Part shown: piece by piece, positions 46,601 to 59,435 of the stretch
Numbering within the stretch: position 1 is the first letter of the stretch
Layout of the letters: the number at the start of each line of letters is the position of its first letter
DNA from: Aplysia californica
Taxonomy: Eukaryota
NCBI RefSeq assembly: GCF_000002075.1
Contig: NW_004797349.1
Location: 1,646,776 to 1,710,775 of the forward strand
Direction: 5' to 3'
DNA length: 64,000 nucleotides
The notes under the pieces: model-generated
The model's input: only the letters and a program-made list of their open reading frames with translations
Databases searched by the model: none
What the model was told of the DNA's origin: nothing
Position numbers and translations under genes: made by a program

Positions 46601-49600
46601 TCAACGGAGAGATGGCAGGACCATGTTTCTCCTCGTCCCCCTGCTGATGTGCACACAATGATGTTGGCCTGTCGCTTAGTCTATAAGAATTAATTCTTTC
46701 GACTGGTCCTGAAAATTTGCTTTCAAGGTTTATTCTGTAAGTTGCCTCTTTTTCCTTGATTTTGCTTTGAGTTTTTGTTAATTGAATGTTTCTCAGGAAA
46801 AGTTGAAATTGTTCTATCAGGTCTGCTAGGGTAATGATATAGACTGTTAAGTGTGTAGAGCTTGCTAAATAGTGGGAATTTGTGCTATACAGGTGCTATT
46901 TACCTTAACTATGAGAGTCAGTATTGGTTTTTATTAATACCCAGAAATGTTACTGTCTGCAAGTCGATTCTTTGCAGTGCTGACATATCTAGATATATTA
47001 CAGGGTTGCCAGTTTTTCGGCTAAAGCCGGAAGTCGGGCCTTTTAAAATCCTCCAGCTTTTGCGGCTTTTCCGGCCGAGATCGGCAGAGTCCGGAACATT
47101 TTTCCTGCCTTGTCGGCAAATTGTAACCTGACACCGGCTAGACATGAAGGAAGACCAGAACGGGTAGTTGAACTCTTGTGCATTTCCGGTTGAGACTGGG
47201 CATTATTCGTTTTTAAAAACAACCGAATAAATGGGTATCTAGTATTTAAAAAATCAGAATAAACAAAAGAGAACGAGTGAGAAACTAGGTACCTAATATT
47301 GAAAGAGGGAGGGGTGCAAACTGGCTGGCACCTCCTCCTACAGGAGAAAGTAATTTCTTTACAGCAAGACCTTCCCCCATCCATTACACCCATCAATATG
47401 TAGTTATTGTTGAGTTCTATTTTTTTAATATTTAGGTTTTTCTAATAGGCCTAGGCATATTTATTAAATATTTTAATATCTGGTTTTTTTTATAATGAAA
47501 TGCTGCGCATAGAATTTTATACCGAAAAATGTTCAGGCGTTTTTGTCAGAGCCTGCCGGCAACCCTGATATTAAGCAAGATCTTACTATTGTGAAGGTAG
47601 TTGGCTGTTCTACAGGGCAGTTGGTATCTGTTGCATTTTTCTGAAAGTTTGTGAGAATTGTCTTGAGAGGAAATGTATACTTTTAATAGCATAGGTAGAT
47701 TTTACGTTTTTGTTATTGTTACATTCATTTCAGGACCTGATTTTCTACACATATTTCTGTACTGTATTGTTAAAATTTGTCAAAAGGGTTATATCCCTGT
47801 GACTGTGCATATGTCAAATAAGGATATGTTGAAGGTTTAAAGGTTTTCAAACTTGTCATTTTCCTCAGGAAAACATGTTCTCTTTTGATTGTGAGAAAGA
47901 AACGTTTGCTTTGAAGCCTATGAACTGCCCAGGACATTGGTAAGTTTTGTAATTAGAGGCCTTGTTTTATAAATAATTAAGTCACCCTCTCCCCCATAGG
48001 TGTCTTAGCATGCCATGTTGGTATGATGAAGACAGTTAGGTTTTCAGTTCTCGTACAGATCGATATTCCTTTCCATTTATGGTTTTTGGGAATGTGAAAC
48101 TCAGGTTAGATGGAAGAGAAGGTTTTGTTTTTCGATTTTGAGCATATCGTCTTTCCTGTATTTCTATAAGAAGTTCTTGAAAAAGAGTCTGTGATGAAGC
48201 CAGCGAGGACGAGATATTAGAATTTTTTCAGCTTATATTATGAATGAATATAAGGTCACATGGTAGTGTTTGTCTCTTGGATACATATATGTGGCCAGAT
48301 GAAATGATCATTGTGAAACTTTCAAAAGTGTGTTACAAGTAGGATTCTGTTGTTCACTTTGATTTCTCTCATACATTACCATTGTGTTTTTATTGTGTTG
48401 TCTTATAATCTGTTTTAGTTATACAGCACTTAAATGCTCATCATACATTAAATGTGTTTGCCTAATTTTTGCAAATTCAAAGTCAAACTTTTAATGGATG
48501 AAACTGGAAAGCGAAGGTTGATATTTTATTTATTAATTATTTTTTTTTTTTATCTTTCTTCAGTCTTATGTTTGATCATGGGGTTCGATCGTGGCGAGAA
48601 CTTCCCCTTCGGATGGCAGACTTTGGTGTACTCCACCGTAATGAACTGTCCGGTGCTTTGTCGGGTCTGACCAGAGTGAGGCGATTCCAGCAGGATGATG
48701 CCCACATCTTCTGTCGTAAAGATCAGGTAAAGAGTTTCTTTTGTGACGATAGGATATTCGAATGCTAGTCTTTTTTTTTTCCTTTTAAAATTTTTTAGCT
48801 CTGAAAGATATTTCTCTTTATGTTGTGAAGTGATTTTTTACGTGTTTAGAATTTTACTGATGGGTTTGATTTTTGTTTTTTATTTTACTGTAATGTAAGA
48901 AACTGATTCGAGTAGATTGGTGAAGTTCCCAATTGGTGTTTTTCTTATATGAAAAAAATAATGCCTACTATTTCCATTTTTAAAAAAAATGAAAAATTAC
49001 TCTCTCATAGCTTTTAAGGGGAGGTGGCTAATGAAAATGCCAAAACTCAGTTCCAACCATTTTGTAGCCACTTTGTATGCATCAATGGATACATACACTT
49101 TTAAAAAGAGGTTTTGTGAAATAAAAAATTCATTTTTTATTTTTTTGTTCTTGTGGCGGCAAAAAATGGCGCTGATTCAGCAAAATTTCTTTACGTTTTA
49201 TAAACAGTGTTTCTACAAAACCAATAAAGATAGAAGCTTCATACTTGGTATATATGTTATATATTGCTTGCTTCTCCTCTTTACAGAATCAGATTTCAAA
49301 TATCTATCATACATTTTCCAAATTTTACCCTCACTTTGACCAATGTTCAGAATTCCATATTAGGCGATGCTGAATCGCAAAAATGCCAAATAACTCAAAA
49401 CAGAATCAATATTCAGGAAAAGTGCTCTTGTAAGGAGGAGGGCACTTATCTTGGGAATAATGTGTGAAAATTTCAATGAAATCTGCCTGTTAGTTATTGA
49501 GATACACTTTCTATAAAGTTACCAGTTAGCCGAAAATGCAATTTCGAGAAAAACGCAAAGTTTTCAAAACATTGTGCAATCACAAACATCTCGGTTTTCA

Positions 49601-52600
49601 CTAAAATCCAACATTATTCGGCAACATACATCACGTTTACACAGCACAGGCTATTTAAAAAGCTTTTTTGACAAGTTTTTACATCAATTCCATGCCCCCC
49701 CCCCCCCCCCCCCCCAACTGTCCTCTCACAATTGAATCTCCGCCCCAAGAACGTAAACTCTCATTTGTCTTTCAGTTTCTGTTCTTAAATGGGAGAAGAA
49801 GCTAAAATATCTATGTAAGGTAATAGGACATTCTAGGGCTTGTGTGAAAATTTCAACCAACTCTGACTGTAACTTTCTGAGGTCTAATCAAAATAGTGCA
49901 GCAGATTTGGCAGAAAAGTTATTCCGAGAAAAACGCGAATAAAAATTTTGCATGCTGACATGCCCGTCTAAATATATATGTTAATGTTGCCATACTGAAT
50001 TGTTTAGGTAAATTGAGTTTGTTGTTAGTCTTTTCCACATTAAGAAATCTTTAAATGATTTGGCAGATGACTGCCTTTCTTAGAATTAGAAGAGTCGAGA
50101 CTTTGTCGAGCCAAAAAAAAAAAAAGCTGCTACCTCCCCTTCATTTTCTTCCCATGTGTTTTGGTTTTGCAATGGTGGAATCTAAGACTATGCAACCAAG
50201 AAAGGCACACTGTAAACTGGCACTACATGATACTATCTAGATCTACATCTGTATATTTTCTCAATTTGTTTTATCCTATCTATATATTTCTGCAGTCGCT
50301 TCTTTCAATCTTGCTTGAAGGGGTTAACTGGCTTTGGGAACACTGGTCTCCGATTTTAAAAAACCCCATTAATAATAAAGTAAAAAAATTGTTTTAAATA
50401 ACACTAGGCCTTAGAGATTTCTATTGCTATAGCTACGCTAAACAGACTTGTTCACTGCGAACAACCGAAGAGGCTAGGGAAGCCATCAAAACAAATGTAT
50501 CCTAGATCTAGATCTAGATTCCTATAACTTTGTCGATCGAGCGCAACGTAGATCTGTAGATCTATACTTTGAATACCCCAGCCACATAATCATGGAAAGT
50601 ACTGAAGGCTATTATGTATTTTACTTATAATCTCAACAGTTTAAATCCTGGATTAGCTCACTCAAAACGACAAAGACTAAGAAGACATCGAATCGAATCA
50701 CGATCAGATAGACAGACGAGAGAAGACGAATAAGAAGGAGCATGTGTTCGGTAGGCCTTGTCGGGCCGAAATACTACACAGAATTGCAAATGGAGATGAT
50801 AACAATAATTATTCAGCCTGTAAACAAGATTTATTAGCGTTGAAATCGGCAACACGATAGAAAACTCTTTGAAATGCAGCGAAAACGTTCACGTTCTGTC
50901 TTGCGGCACGCAGTGTAAACAATGGCCCGCGAGGGGAATCCCCTTCGTTGCTACCGGCTCGGCGAATGAAAATTCACGGTCCGGTCACGTGACGGAAGTG
51001 GCCAACCGGTATTTGGTACGGGGTCTTCAAACATACCTAAATGGGTCCCCAGAGTAGTTCCGTACGAAAACGAAAGTGTAATAATCGAATAGCTCTTATC
51101 ACGGCCTTTCCAACGATACCAAACTTGATTACCTTGCAGCCACGGAAAGTGTTGTTGTCAAGGGGTAAAGTTTAACATTTCTTTACGTTTTGTTTGCATT
51201 TTTTTGCCCCCCCTACCGCTTTCAAATACATTTTTATATATATTAGAGGTCTCCTTAGGTTTTGGGACCTTCACAAACGGATTCTTGACATATTTTTCTG
51301 TAAGAATATCCAAATACTCGAAGTTCCATTTTTTTTTTAGCAAATACCCGATTTTCTAGGGGATCGAGACCCGCGGATCTCCTGAACTATTCCTCTCAAT
51401 TTTGTTGACATTTAAAGAATTATTCTTATGGATAAATTTGTGTTGTTGCTTTGAAGTGATGCTTGGTTTACTGGTAGAATATAGCATGTTATGTGATCCC
51501 AAGAAGGAAAGCCGGTCTTACTTTTATCGTAATTATTAAAAAAAATAAAAATTGAATGGGTTCATTTTTTACTTTCGAGTTATTCACAAATAGTGTATAA
51601 GTTAGTAACAGTACTTTATTAGTTAGTTCAAATAACTTTTTATAGTTTACCGTCGATGGTTTGAATATGTTTGGCTTCACAACCTAATCCAAACCATGAT
51701 TAAGTTATGGGTTTTTGTGTCTCTTTTCCCTGTGAACAGACAGCACTTTCGATTTCATGTCTGCGTCCAGTGCATGGTTTTTGGGAGCCTTGAGAACATC
51801 TCATATTTCTGGAGTTACAGAAATGCCCTGTTGCATATTCGAATATCGATAACCCACTCTGTGACTCAACAAAGGGAAAGCACACCCTATTATTATAGTG
51901 TACCAGTTATTTCTCCCCTGACAAGTATGTTCCCAGTGCTGTTTCTAATGGGTTTTTATTTTGTAAATTTACCTCAAATTTTTATTGTACAGATCAAGGA
52001 GGAGATCCAAGGCTCCCTGGACTTCTTGCAAAGTGTGTACTCCACTTTCGGCTTCACCTTTTCTCTCAACTTGTCTACTCGCCCAGAGAAATTTCTTGGA
52101 GATAAGGCTGTTTGGGATGAAGCAGAGAAGGTAAGATCAATGAAAATTACATTTGAATTGAAATGCAGTCATATTAACATTTTTCTGAGGCAAATCAGGG
52201 AAAGTCATTTTCATTCTTTTATAGTTTCCCCTTGCTTTTCTGTTGGAGGATATTGTGTAATGAACGATTTGAGGAAAATATTTGTTTAAAATCTTGCAAA
52301 GTATACTTTATCTCAAAATTTAAGATTGTTTGTAAGATTTGCTTTATTCATTGCCTATGTCAGCACCGTAGGCAGATCACAGCAGGTAAGATTTAGTATT
52401 TGCTGAATAGCGTGAAGTCTGCAAATTGAAGGACTTGGTCTGAATTAGAAGTTTTCGAAAAGGTGTGTACAAGTTATGGCTGTAGAAATGTAGCACTATT
52501 AAATACCAAAAATCTTCAGACCTCTCTTTTTTTTTCACCAGCAACTGGAAGAGAGCTTGAATGCCTTTGGCAACAAGTGGGCTTTGAATCCTGGCGATGG

Positions 52601-55600
52601 TGCCTTTTATGGACCAAAGGTATTGTATTTTTCCTTGTTCATTTCTAAGTTTTTGCTACGAGATCAAGTTGGTTGTTGACATAATAAAGAACCTGTTTTG
52701 TTTTAAGGGTTGTTTTTTTTTCTTTTAGAGGGGGGGGGGGGATTGGTATGTGTGTGGAAGAGACAAGAGACATAAGTTGATTTCAGTGTTTGATAAGGCA
52801 TAAGGAACAGAAAATTAAACTATAAAGAAATCATTTCCCCCTTGTACTAAACTCTGTCTAGTTTAGTTTTTAATTCTTGATGAGGGAATGAATTTTAATT
52901 GGACACATCGGTCGACTCACAAACTTACTTTATTTCCTCTGACATACAGTTATACTACCACATCCAAATATATGATAAATGAGTTCTGTTCATTGTTTGA
53001 AGAGATATGTTGCATGCCAAGAGTGTTTGTTGTACTTGACGTCAAAGACCTTTTCGTGTCGCTGCATTTGTGTGCAGAATGTGGCAAGTTAGTGGTCACT
53101 TAGCTGCAATCTGTCTGCCCTTTCTGCATACTTTTGTTTTACTGTTGTCCTTTCCTTTCATGGCTTAGAATGGCTGCCAGCAAGCTGACCAATCATAAAG
53201 TACAACCCAGTACCTTTGTTTCTACTATCTACACAAATTTGTGTGTTTGTGGGGGGGGGGGGCGCCTTGTATGGAGGAAATGGGCACTGATTGTTTGTGG
53301 ATACTGAAATTACAAGAGATGCATATGATTTTTCAGATTGATATTACCATCTGTGATGCGCTGAAGAGGAGCCATCAGTGTGCTACCATTCAACTGGATT
53401 TTCAGCTGCCGGAGAGGTTTAACCTCACCTACATGAAGTAAGTGCTTTTGTTTGTGTGTAAATTAAATACACATTCATATTTTTCTTTTTGTGATGGACT
53501 TTTTTAAAACCATTTTTGTTCTCTGTTACTTTGAAAAGGGATCAGTATTACTTCATTACCAAAGAGCAAGGAGGTTCTTCTGTGTTAGAAGAGGTCATAG
53601 GTTTGAATACTGTACTTAAATAGTTTTCTAATGGTGGTTACTTGAATTCTTTTTAGTATCCCCATAGGAATCTTTGCTGCTAAAGTAGTTGTGAAGATAT
53701 GAAAGAAAGTAAATGATTTAGTACAGATTTGTTTGTGTTAGTAGACATAGTATATTGCTTTCGAAGCCATCAGGGAAATGTTTGATCACTAACAAGACTT
53801 TTATTTTTTCCTCTGTAGTGAAAAGCAAGAGAAAGAGAGACCTGTGATCATTCATCGAGCTGTGCTGGGCTCTGTGGAGAGGATGATGGCCATCTTGTGT
53901 GAGAATTATGGTGGGAAATGGTAAGTTCTGCCTCTTTGATATCTACCCACTTATTGCTGTCAGTTTGTATCTCTCTTTCCCAGCTGTGCTGTGTTGATGT
54001 GTTTCTCCTTTAGACTGCTGTGTTGATGTGTTTCTCCTTTAGACTGCTGTGTTGATGTGTTTCTCCTTTAGACTGCGTTCTTGCGATGACAGTATTCTAA
54101 CATGTCTGCTTTGCCTGTCTGTGCTCTTCTTTTTCTTTTCGATCGCATCACGCTTGAAGTCCGGTATCTTATCATATACTGGGATGTCCTGCTCAGTTCA
54201 TCTGAGGGCCTCTATAAATCTTCTCTTGCAGTGTCAATGGGCCTGTCTATGCTATTCAATAGATTCTAATATATTATTGTCATTTTGCAATGCTCTTGGT
54301 TACTTTGTCCTCAAAATGAATGTTTTCTATTTAAGATTAGGGTATTGAAAGAAGTATAGTGGTTTTGATGGAGTACACATCCAGTGAATAATAATTGGCA
54401 AAATGTGATGAAAGTCTAAGTAATTAGTCTGGCCTCTTGTCAGTGAGGTTAACTCTTGTGGAATAGCACCACACTGTTGAACTGTCAATGGCAAAGAATT
54501 TCAACACCGAGAAAACCGTGTTCTCCTTCAGTACATCTGTTACCCCAAGCATATCACACTGCTTTTCAAAGGATGATAACATGGCAGGCTGCCATGCATC
54601 CCCCTTCCAGTCCTCACCCCTCATACTGCTGTTTTTTCTTTATCATAAAAACCTTCGTCCTCCATAGATAGTAAACATTACATTCAATAACAAAGTACTG
54701 GTTTGAGTAAGAAAAGATAATCAACAACTTAATTTCCATTTAGTCCTGGAAAAGAGCGAGATAGACAGTAACAGCAAAGGAAGAAGGACTTACCAGTGGC
54801 ACCCTTTTACCGTCTAGGGAAACACTGGATCGTTTTATTGGTGTTGTGCACACAGGGGAACACAGAAAAAAATGATCAATTTTAACTGTTGAGCGTGTCT
54901 GTCTCAATGGTAACACCGTATTGTATTCCGTCTGTTCTTCCACAGGCCATTCTGGCTGTCCCCTCGGCAGTCTATTGTGATCACTGTTGCTCCAGCTTTT
55001 GATGAATACGCTCAAGAGGTAAGTAGTCCTAATTTTGTGAAATCCTTTATACATGTTCGATGCCTAGTCCTGATTATTTTTTCTTCCAAATAATGTATGT
55101 CAAGTATGGTGTTTTGTTTGTGTGTTTGTTTTAAAAAAAATAATTTATGTGTGTATTTTTTAATTTAAAAAAAAACCTGCTATCCATGGGAAAGTTTAAA
55201 TATCTAAGTTATGAATCAATGCAACTGTCATGCTGTTGTTAAAGTGTGAAAGAGTTATGCCTGTTTCTGGACTTAAAATTTCTCCTATGAATTGCTTTGT
55301 AAATATTTCAATGTTAAATTCAATATCTTTTTTCTTGTTTTGCAGGTGATGGCAAAGATTCACGATGCTGGCTTTTTGTGTGAACATGATTTGGACCAGG
55401 GCACCACTATGAATAAGAAGATCAGAAACGCTCAACTGGCACAGTACAACTTTATTTTGGGTAAATACTTCTATATTGATTCTCTGCTTAATGATTACAG
55501 TTGTACTGCCTTTGTAGTGTAATATGGTGAAAATAAAAAACGATTAAATGAAAATGCTAATAGACGTATAGCTTTTGATTATGACACTTGTGGAAAAGGT

Positions 55601-56298
55601 AATGAATAGTAAAGTAAATATTACTGAATTTCGATGAATGGAGAAACTAAACTAAAGAGCTTTTACAAGAGAAATAGTGCATCCCAATTTCATTTAACAA
55701 GTGAGTATGGCTCCTTTCATTCTTGGTCTTATTGGAATATTTCCCACATAGCCATGCAGCATGGCAAAGGATTAGGTGCTCTGCCCAAGAAATGATCTGC
55801 TTTGCCCATTATTGCTTCGAGGGATTTAAATATCTTCATTCTTACTTTTAGTTAGGAATTTGACATATTTATTACTCTACCCCCAGCTGGGATGGGGGAG
55901 ATTGAACAAAGGATTTGTGATATTTACTTTAGTGTGTTTATATTTCCTTTTTTTTTTCCCTTATTGCCTTCCTTTCCTTTAGTCTTTCAACCACACCAAG
56001 CATTCAGTCTTTGAAAAGATCAATCTGTCTAGTCAGCCTTGACACTCTTCATTATAAGGCAAAGTATTTTTAAGAAAAATATTTTAAATGATTTTGCGAT
56101 TCTTGTTTTGTGGCAGTGAAATGTTTTGTTTTGTTCTCATTGTCTTAAGTGGTGGGTGAGAAGGAAGTTGCGAACAAGACTGCCAACGTGCGCACCCGAG
56201 ACAACAAGATCCACGGAGAGCACAGCATTGATCACGTCATTGACCGCTTCAAGAGCTTCGGCAAGACGAGACAGCAGGATGCTGAGGAGGCTTTCTAA
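37611..56298 (+). CDS. TARS1: Threonine--tRNA ligase, cytoplasmic, spliced CDS, about 709 aa
   Basis: 20 exons (2130 nt) in consistent phase. TGS domain (VTLPDG, WDLDRP), editing motifs (WHSSAH, DLCRGPH), class II core ([60 protein letters not shown]), anticodon domain ([14 protein letters not shown]). Confidence 0.96.
38966..39019 (+). CDS. TARS1: TARS1 exon 2
   Basis: [18 protein letters not shown], tacag| and |gtaggc. Confidence 0.8.
39300..39485 (+). mobile_element. Short retroposon family A, copy 3
   Basis: Homologous to A1; TSD TGAATTTGCA at 39290-39299 and 39486-39495. Confidence 0.8.
39735..39960 (+). mobile_element. RTE LINE 3' fragment
   Basis: [44 protein letters not shown]. Confidence 0.75.
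40464..40645 (+). CDS. TARS1: TARS1 exon 3
   Basis: [16 protein letters not shown]...VTLPDG...[11 protein letters not shown]. Confidence 0.93.
41508..41623 (+). CDS. TARS1: TARS1 exon 4
   Basis: [24 protein letters not shown]. Confidence 0.94.
42292..42418 (+). CDS. TARS1: TARS1 exon 5
   Basis: [16 protein letters not shown]...LCYGPP. Confidence 0.94.
42886..43003 (+). CDS. TARS1: TARS1 exon 6
   Basis: [29 protein letters not shown]. Confidence 0.93.
44051..44115 (+). CDS. TARS1: TARS1 exon 7
   Basis: [21 protein letters not shown]. Confidence 0.93.
44602..44680 (+). CDS. TARS1: TARS1 exon 8
   Basis: [21 protein letters not shown]. Confidence 0.94.
44834..44968. repeat. Tandem duplication, about 66 bp x2
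   Basis: GGGCAAAAGTAGAAATTGTGTTTTG...AGATTTTTAAAAA repeated. Confidence 0.85.
45112..45258 (+). CDS. TARS1: TARS1 exon 9
   Basis: NSSTYWEG...[11 protein letters not shown]...KRDHRKIGR. Confidence 0.94.
45644..45742 (+). CDS. TARS1: TARS1 exon 10
   Basis: [28 protein letters not shown]. Confidence 0.94.
46181..46276 (+). CDS. TARS1: TARS1 exon 11
   Basis: [27 protein letters not shown]. Confidence 0.94.
46372..46512 (+). mobile_element. RTE LINE extreme 3' end
   Basis: [24 protein letters not shown] followed by (GAT)n; tail resembles the 30636 copy. Confidence 0.7.
47001..47567. mobile_element. hAT-like MITE with 6-bp TSD
   Basis: TIR CAGGGTTGCC / GGCAACCCTG, TSD ATATTA on both sides. Confidence 0.8.
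47869..47939 (+). CDS. TARS1: TARS1 exon 12
   Basis: [23 protein letters not shown]. Confidence 0.94.
48564..48726 (+). CDS. TARS1: TARS1 exon 13
   Basis: [43 protein letters not shown]. Confidence 0.95.
49018..50139. mobile_element. Kolobok-like non-autonomous element
   Basis: TTAA|GGGGAGGTGGC ... GCTACCTCCCC|TTCA; repeated internal TGTGTGAAAATTTCAA and CGAGAAAAACGC motifs. Confidence 0.7.
51993..52130 (+). CDS. TARS1: TARS1 exon 14
   Basis: [12 protein letters not shown]...[10 protein letters not shown]. Confidence 0.94.
52542..52619 (+). CDS. TARS1: TARS1 exon 15
   Basis: [26 protein letters not shown]. Confidence 0.94.
53337..53437 (+). CDS. TARS1: TARS1 exon 16
   Basis: [30 protein letters not shown]. 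Confidence 0.94.
53819..53920 (+). CDS. TARS1: TARS1 exon 17
   Basis: [28 protein letters not shown]. Confidence 0.94.
53987..54073. repeat. 29-bp tandem repeat x3
   Basis: TGCTGTGTTGATGTGTTTCTCCTTTAGAC, three exact copies. Confidence 0.92.
54946..55018 (+). CDS. TARS1: TARS1 exon 18
   Basis: [24 protein letters not shown]. Confidence 0.94.
55346..55460 (+). CDS. TARS1: TARS1 exon 19
   Basis: [18 protein letters not shown]. Confidence 0.94.
56150..56298 (+). CDS. TARS1: TARS1 exon 20 (terminal)
   Basis: [24 protein letters not shown]...EEAF TAA; acceptor is aag|. Confidence 0.92.
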
Positions 56299-58646
56299 GA
56301 CTTCTACCAGGAGAATTGTTGTTCAAATTTTTATTTTTATTTGTCTATGTTCATGAATGAAATCTGTTACATACATAGGTTTATATGGTGTTCTCATCAG
56401 GACTTCAATGTGATTTCATACCTGTCTGTATTATCTGTCTCGTACTTATTCCATTTTGGTTACACTTTATCCGTAGTGTATGAACGAGTTACCGCAGCTA
56501 CTGTTGGGTTAAATGTATTGTGAGATGTTTTCCTCTGAAATTTTTTTGACATAGATTGGAAGCCAGTAATTTGGGACTAACATGGATTTCTGTAATGTTC
56601 CAAGCAATTTTAAGTGAAATGGTTTTCAGAGTAGGGAAATTGTTTCTCTAACTGATTGTTCTGTAAACATTTCACGTCTTTAAAATGTCCCATGATAATT
56701 TCATCCCTCTCTCTCATCTATAGTTCTTTTTCTTGAAATCACCACTGAAACTGACCCCCAAACACAGTTCGTACCTCTTGATCACTTTTATATATAGTTG
56801 TACGGTTTGTAGAATTGATGCAGAATGAACTTCTGAGATTTTTGTTGTCCAGTAAAGAATGTTCTTTAGCGATACTTAAAAACTTGTTGATTTTATTAAA
56901 CACTCTTCTTAACAAGGATATCATGTGGGATGAAAATTTCATCTATGGTTTCATTTCATGTTTTGTTACGTGAATGTGTAAATTAAGTGGTTATGTTCCT
57001 GTGGTTGAGGTAGGAATTTATCCTGTGCTGCCTTACATAAAGGGTACTGGAAAGGATGGCTCTCAAAGCGTCACTTCTGATGTATTCATTCAGTTGCACT
57101 ATGTTAATTGGCTGTTCGTCATTTTCCTCTGGTCAGGAAGGCAACCAGCATTTCATAAGTCCCTCCACTATTTGTTGTGAGAATGTGGCTGTCGACTCCT
57201 TTTCAAAACTAATAAATGCCTGGAGCAGGATACACGTGACTTTTTTTTGTATTTGTGAATTGTAGTTTAAGTTTAAATACCTACTTGTAGCTAGCCAAAT
57301 AGTAACTGTTCTTATGTGAAGTCTTACTATAGATAGTCCAGCGAGGGAATATAACATTGCTCCATTTTTCTTAAAGCAAAAGAAGAAAAGTAGTATGCAT
57401 TTCCAATCTGGGGAATGCGACTTTTCTGTCACATTTTCTTTTCCTTTTTTTTTGAGCTATTAAAAATTTTCCCAAACTCCAAGTAGTTTAAATGCTGCAT
57501 AGTAATTTGTTTTTGTAGGGATGGTAAGAATTAATGCTTGTCACTTATTTCACTCAACTATTATAAGTCCTGAACATTACTGTCAAGTCAGTCTTCAAAA
57601 CAGTTGTAAATATTATGCTTTTCTACGGTGTCACATGCTGTGTATCGTACCAAGCATCTTGAATTTTGCTTTCTTGCACTTTTATTAGTGTTGTAGTATT
57701 TATTTATTTATATGACTGCCCACATGGACATAATATATGCCTTATGTATTTGTTGACCATTTCAAGCTTGTCAACGGCTCCCGGTATATATTCATTTCAG
57801 TTATGATTTATCAACAGAAAACAAACATTGAGCATTCCTCATCCAGAACGGGGGGGGGGGGGGGGGGGAATTACCGAGGATTCGGATACGGATGGACAGG
57901 GTTTATAAATATGACCACCACAATTTGACCACAAGAGACTGAGTTTCCTTGAATTGTTTTGCGAATTCACTTCTCTTACTTCTTGTGTAGTGTGGTGGCC
58001 AGATGTTGCAGCGATAGATAAATAACAAAAAAAGTATGGAAGAAAACGTTGTCTTGATTTGTATGTCTTCTGTAGTAAAACCTTCCTACTAAGTAGAATA
58101 AACACTTTCATGTTCGGAAATAAGTCGCAGAGAAATTGGGTCCTGTGAAAGTTGAAATATGGGAAATTGTCTCAGGAGAAGTCAATAAAGAGATCTTGGT
58201 GATTTCACATAACTTCACTAGTGAAATGGCTTTTCCTGACCATAGGACAAAAATAGACAATTATGAAGTCATCATCAATTGCAAACATTACCTATTGATA
58301 TTGCATGTTAAGAACAGTATGGCTTACTATCCATAGCTTTGGAATCCTTTTTGAATATTTGCATCCCCTTTGTATACTGCAGCAGGCTGGGAATGATGAA
58401 TTTACTTGTTCAGCAAAAATGTATAGATAACACTTTGTTTTTCTGTATAAACTGCTTTTTTTTCCATTAAAATGGTCATTCAGCTTGTATCGTATTTCAT
58501 GCCTTTTGCTTTTCACCCACACTTTACCTCTTTGTCAAATTAAAAATCGTGATAAAAGTCTCTTATGTCCCTGCCAGCAGGGTGTGGCGCAGGCATTAAG
58601 ACAAAAAAGTTTAAACTGAATATTAGCATGGAGTCTATGAAGAGCA

Positions 58647-59435
58647 CAGTGGAACTCAGATTCAAGGAGATAAGATAAATTCCCAGGGTTTTTTTCTTCT
58701 TTAAAATCAATTTAAAAAATAATTCGGATTCAACGAGCACTTAAATCAGCGAGCTCGGATTCAGCAAAGTCGCTTCCTGGTTGAACAGCCCCGGCAGACG
58801 TGGCTTCGCTCGTTTTTCTCTCAGAACGAGCTTTATCCATTCCCGGAAACCATCATTGCACCTGCGTTGTGAACCATTGGCATTATTCACTCAGCCGATT
58901 GCATGCGACCAATCAGCTGCCTTTTTTCATACCAACACATGTGTCTACTCTGGCGTGTGTTGGGGTCGGAGGGGCGGCCGGCACACGTGTGGCTGCGTGT
59001 GCGTAAGGGGGGGGGAGCTAGCGGTCCTTGCGTTGAACGTCGCAGATAAAAAACGCGTCACACTCATAGTCTTATTTCTCCCTCGGCAACTGATCATTAT
59101 TGCAATGATGAGCTAGTCTTGACGTAGGCCTACGTAAGGAATTGTGCACTGGTCTATGGAATCAAAAGTTGCCGTATGCTAGGCTCTACACAGCAACACA
59201 ACTTTTTGGTAAACAATTGAGATGACATAGGCGTGGGCATTTGAACGAATCTGTCTTTTTTTTACACAGCTCATAATATGCAGGCACTACTTGTGACTTC
59301 TCAGATCTCTTTATACATTACTTGTTCAGTGCCTGTATTTATCTACACAAAACCTTGTGTTTACTATAACGAACGCTCGGATTCAACAAGATTTTAGGTC
59401 AGGCCCGGCGACCTCGTTGAATCCGAGTTCCACTG
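58647..59435. mobile_element. pogo/Tigger-like MITE
   Basis: TIRs CAGTGGAACTCAGATTCAA / TTGAATCCGAGTTCCACTG|TA. Confidence 0.8.

Noticed and set aside
50325-51400. Second TE-like block next to the Kolobok-like element in TARS1 intron 13
   Set aside because: CpG-rich and TE-like, but termini and TSD could not be defined reliably.
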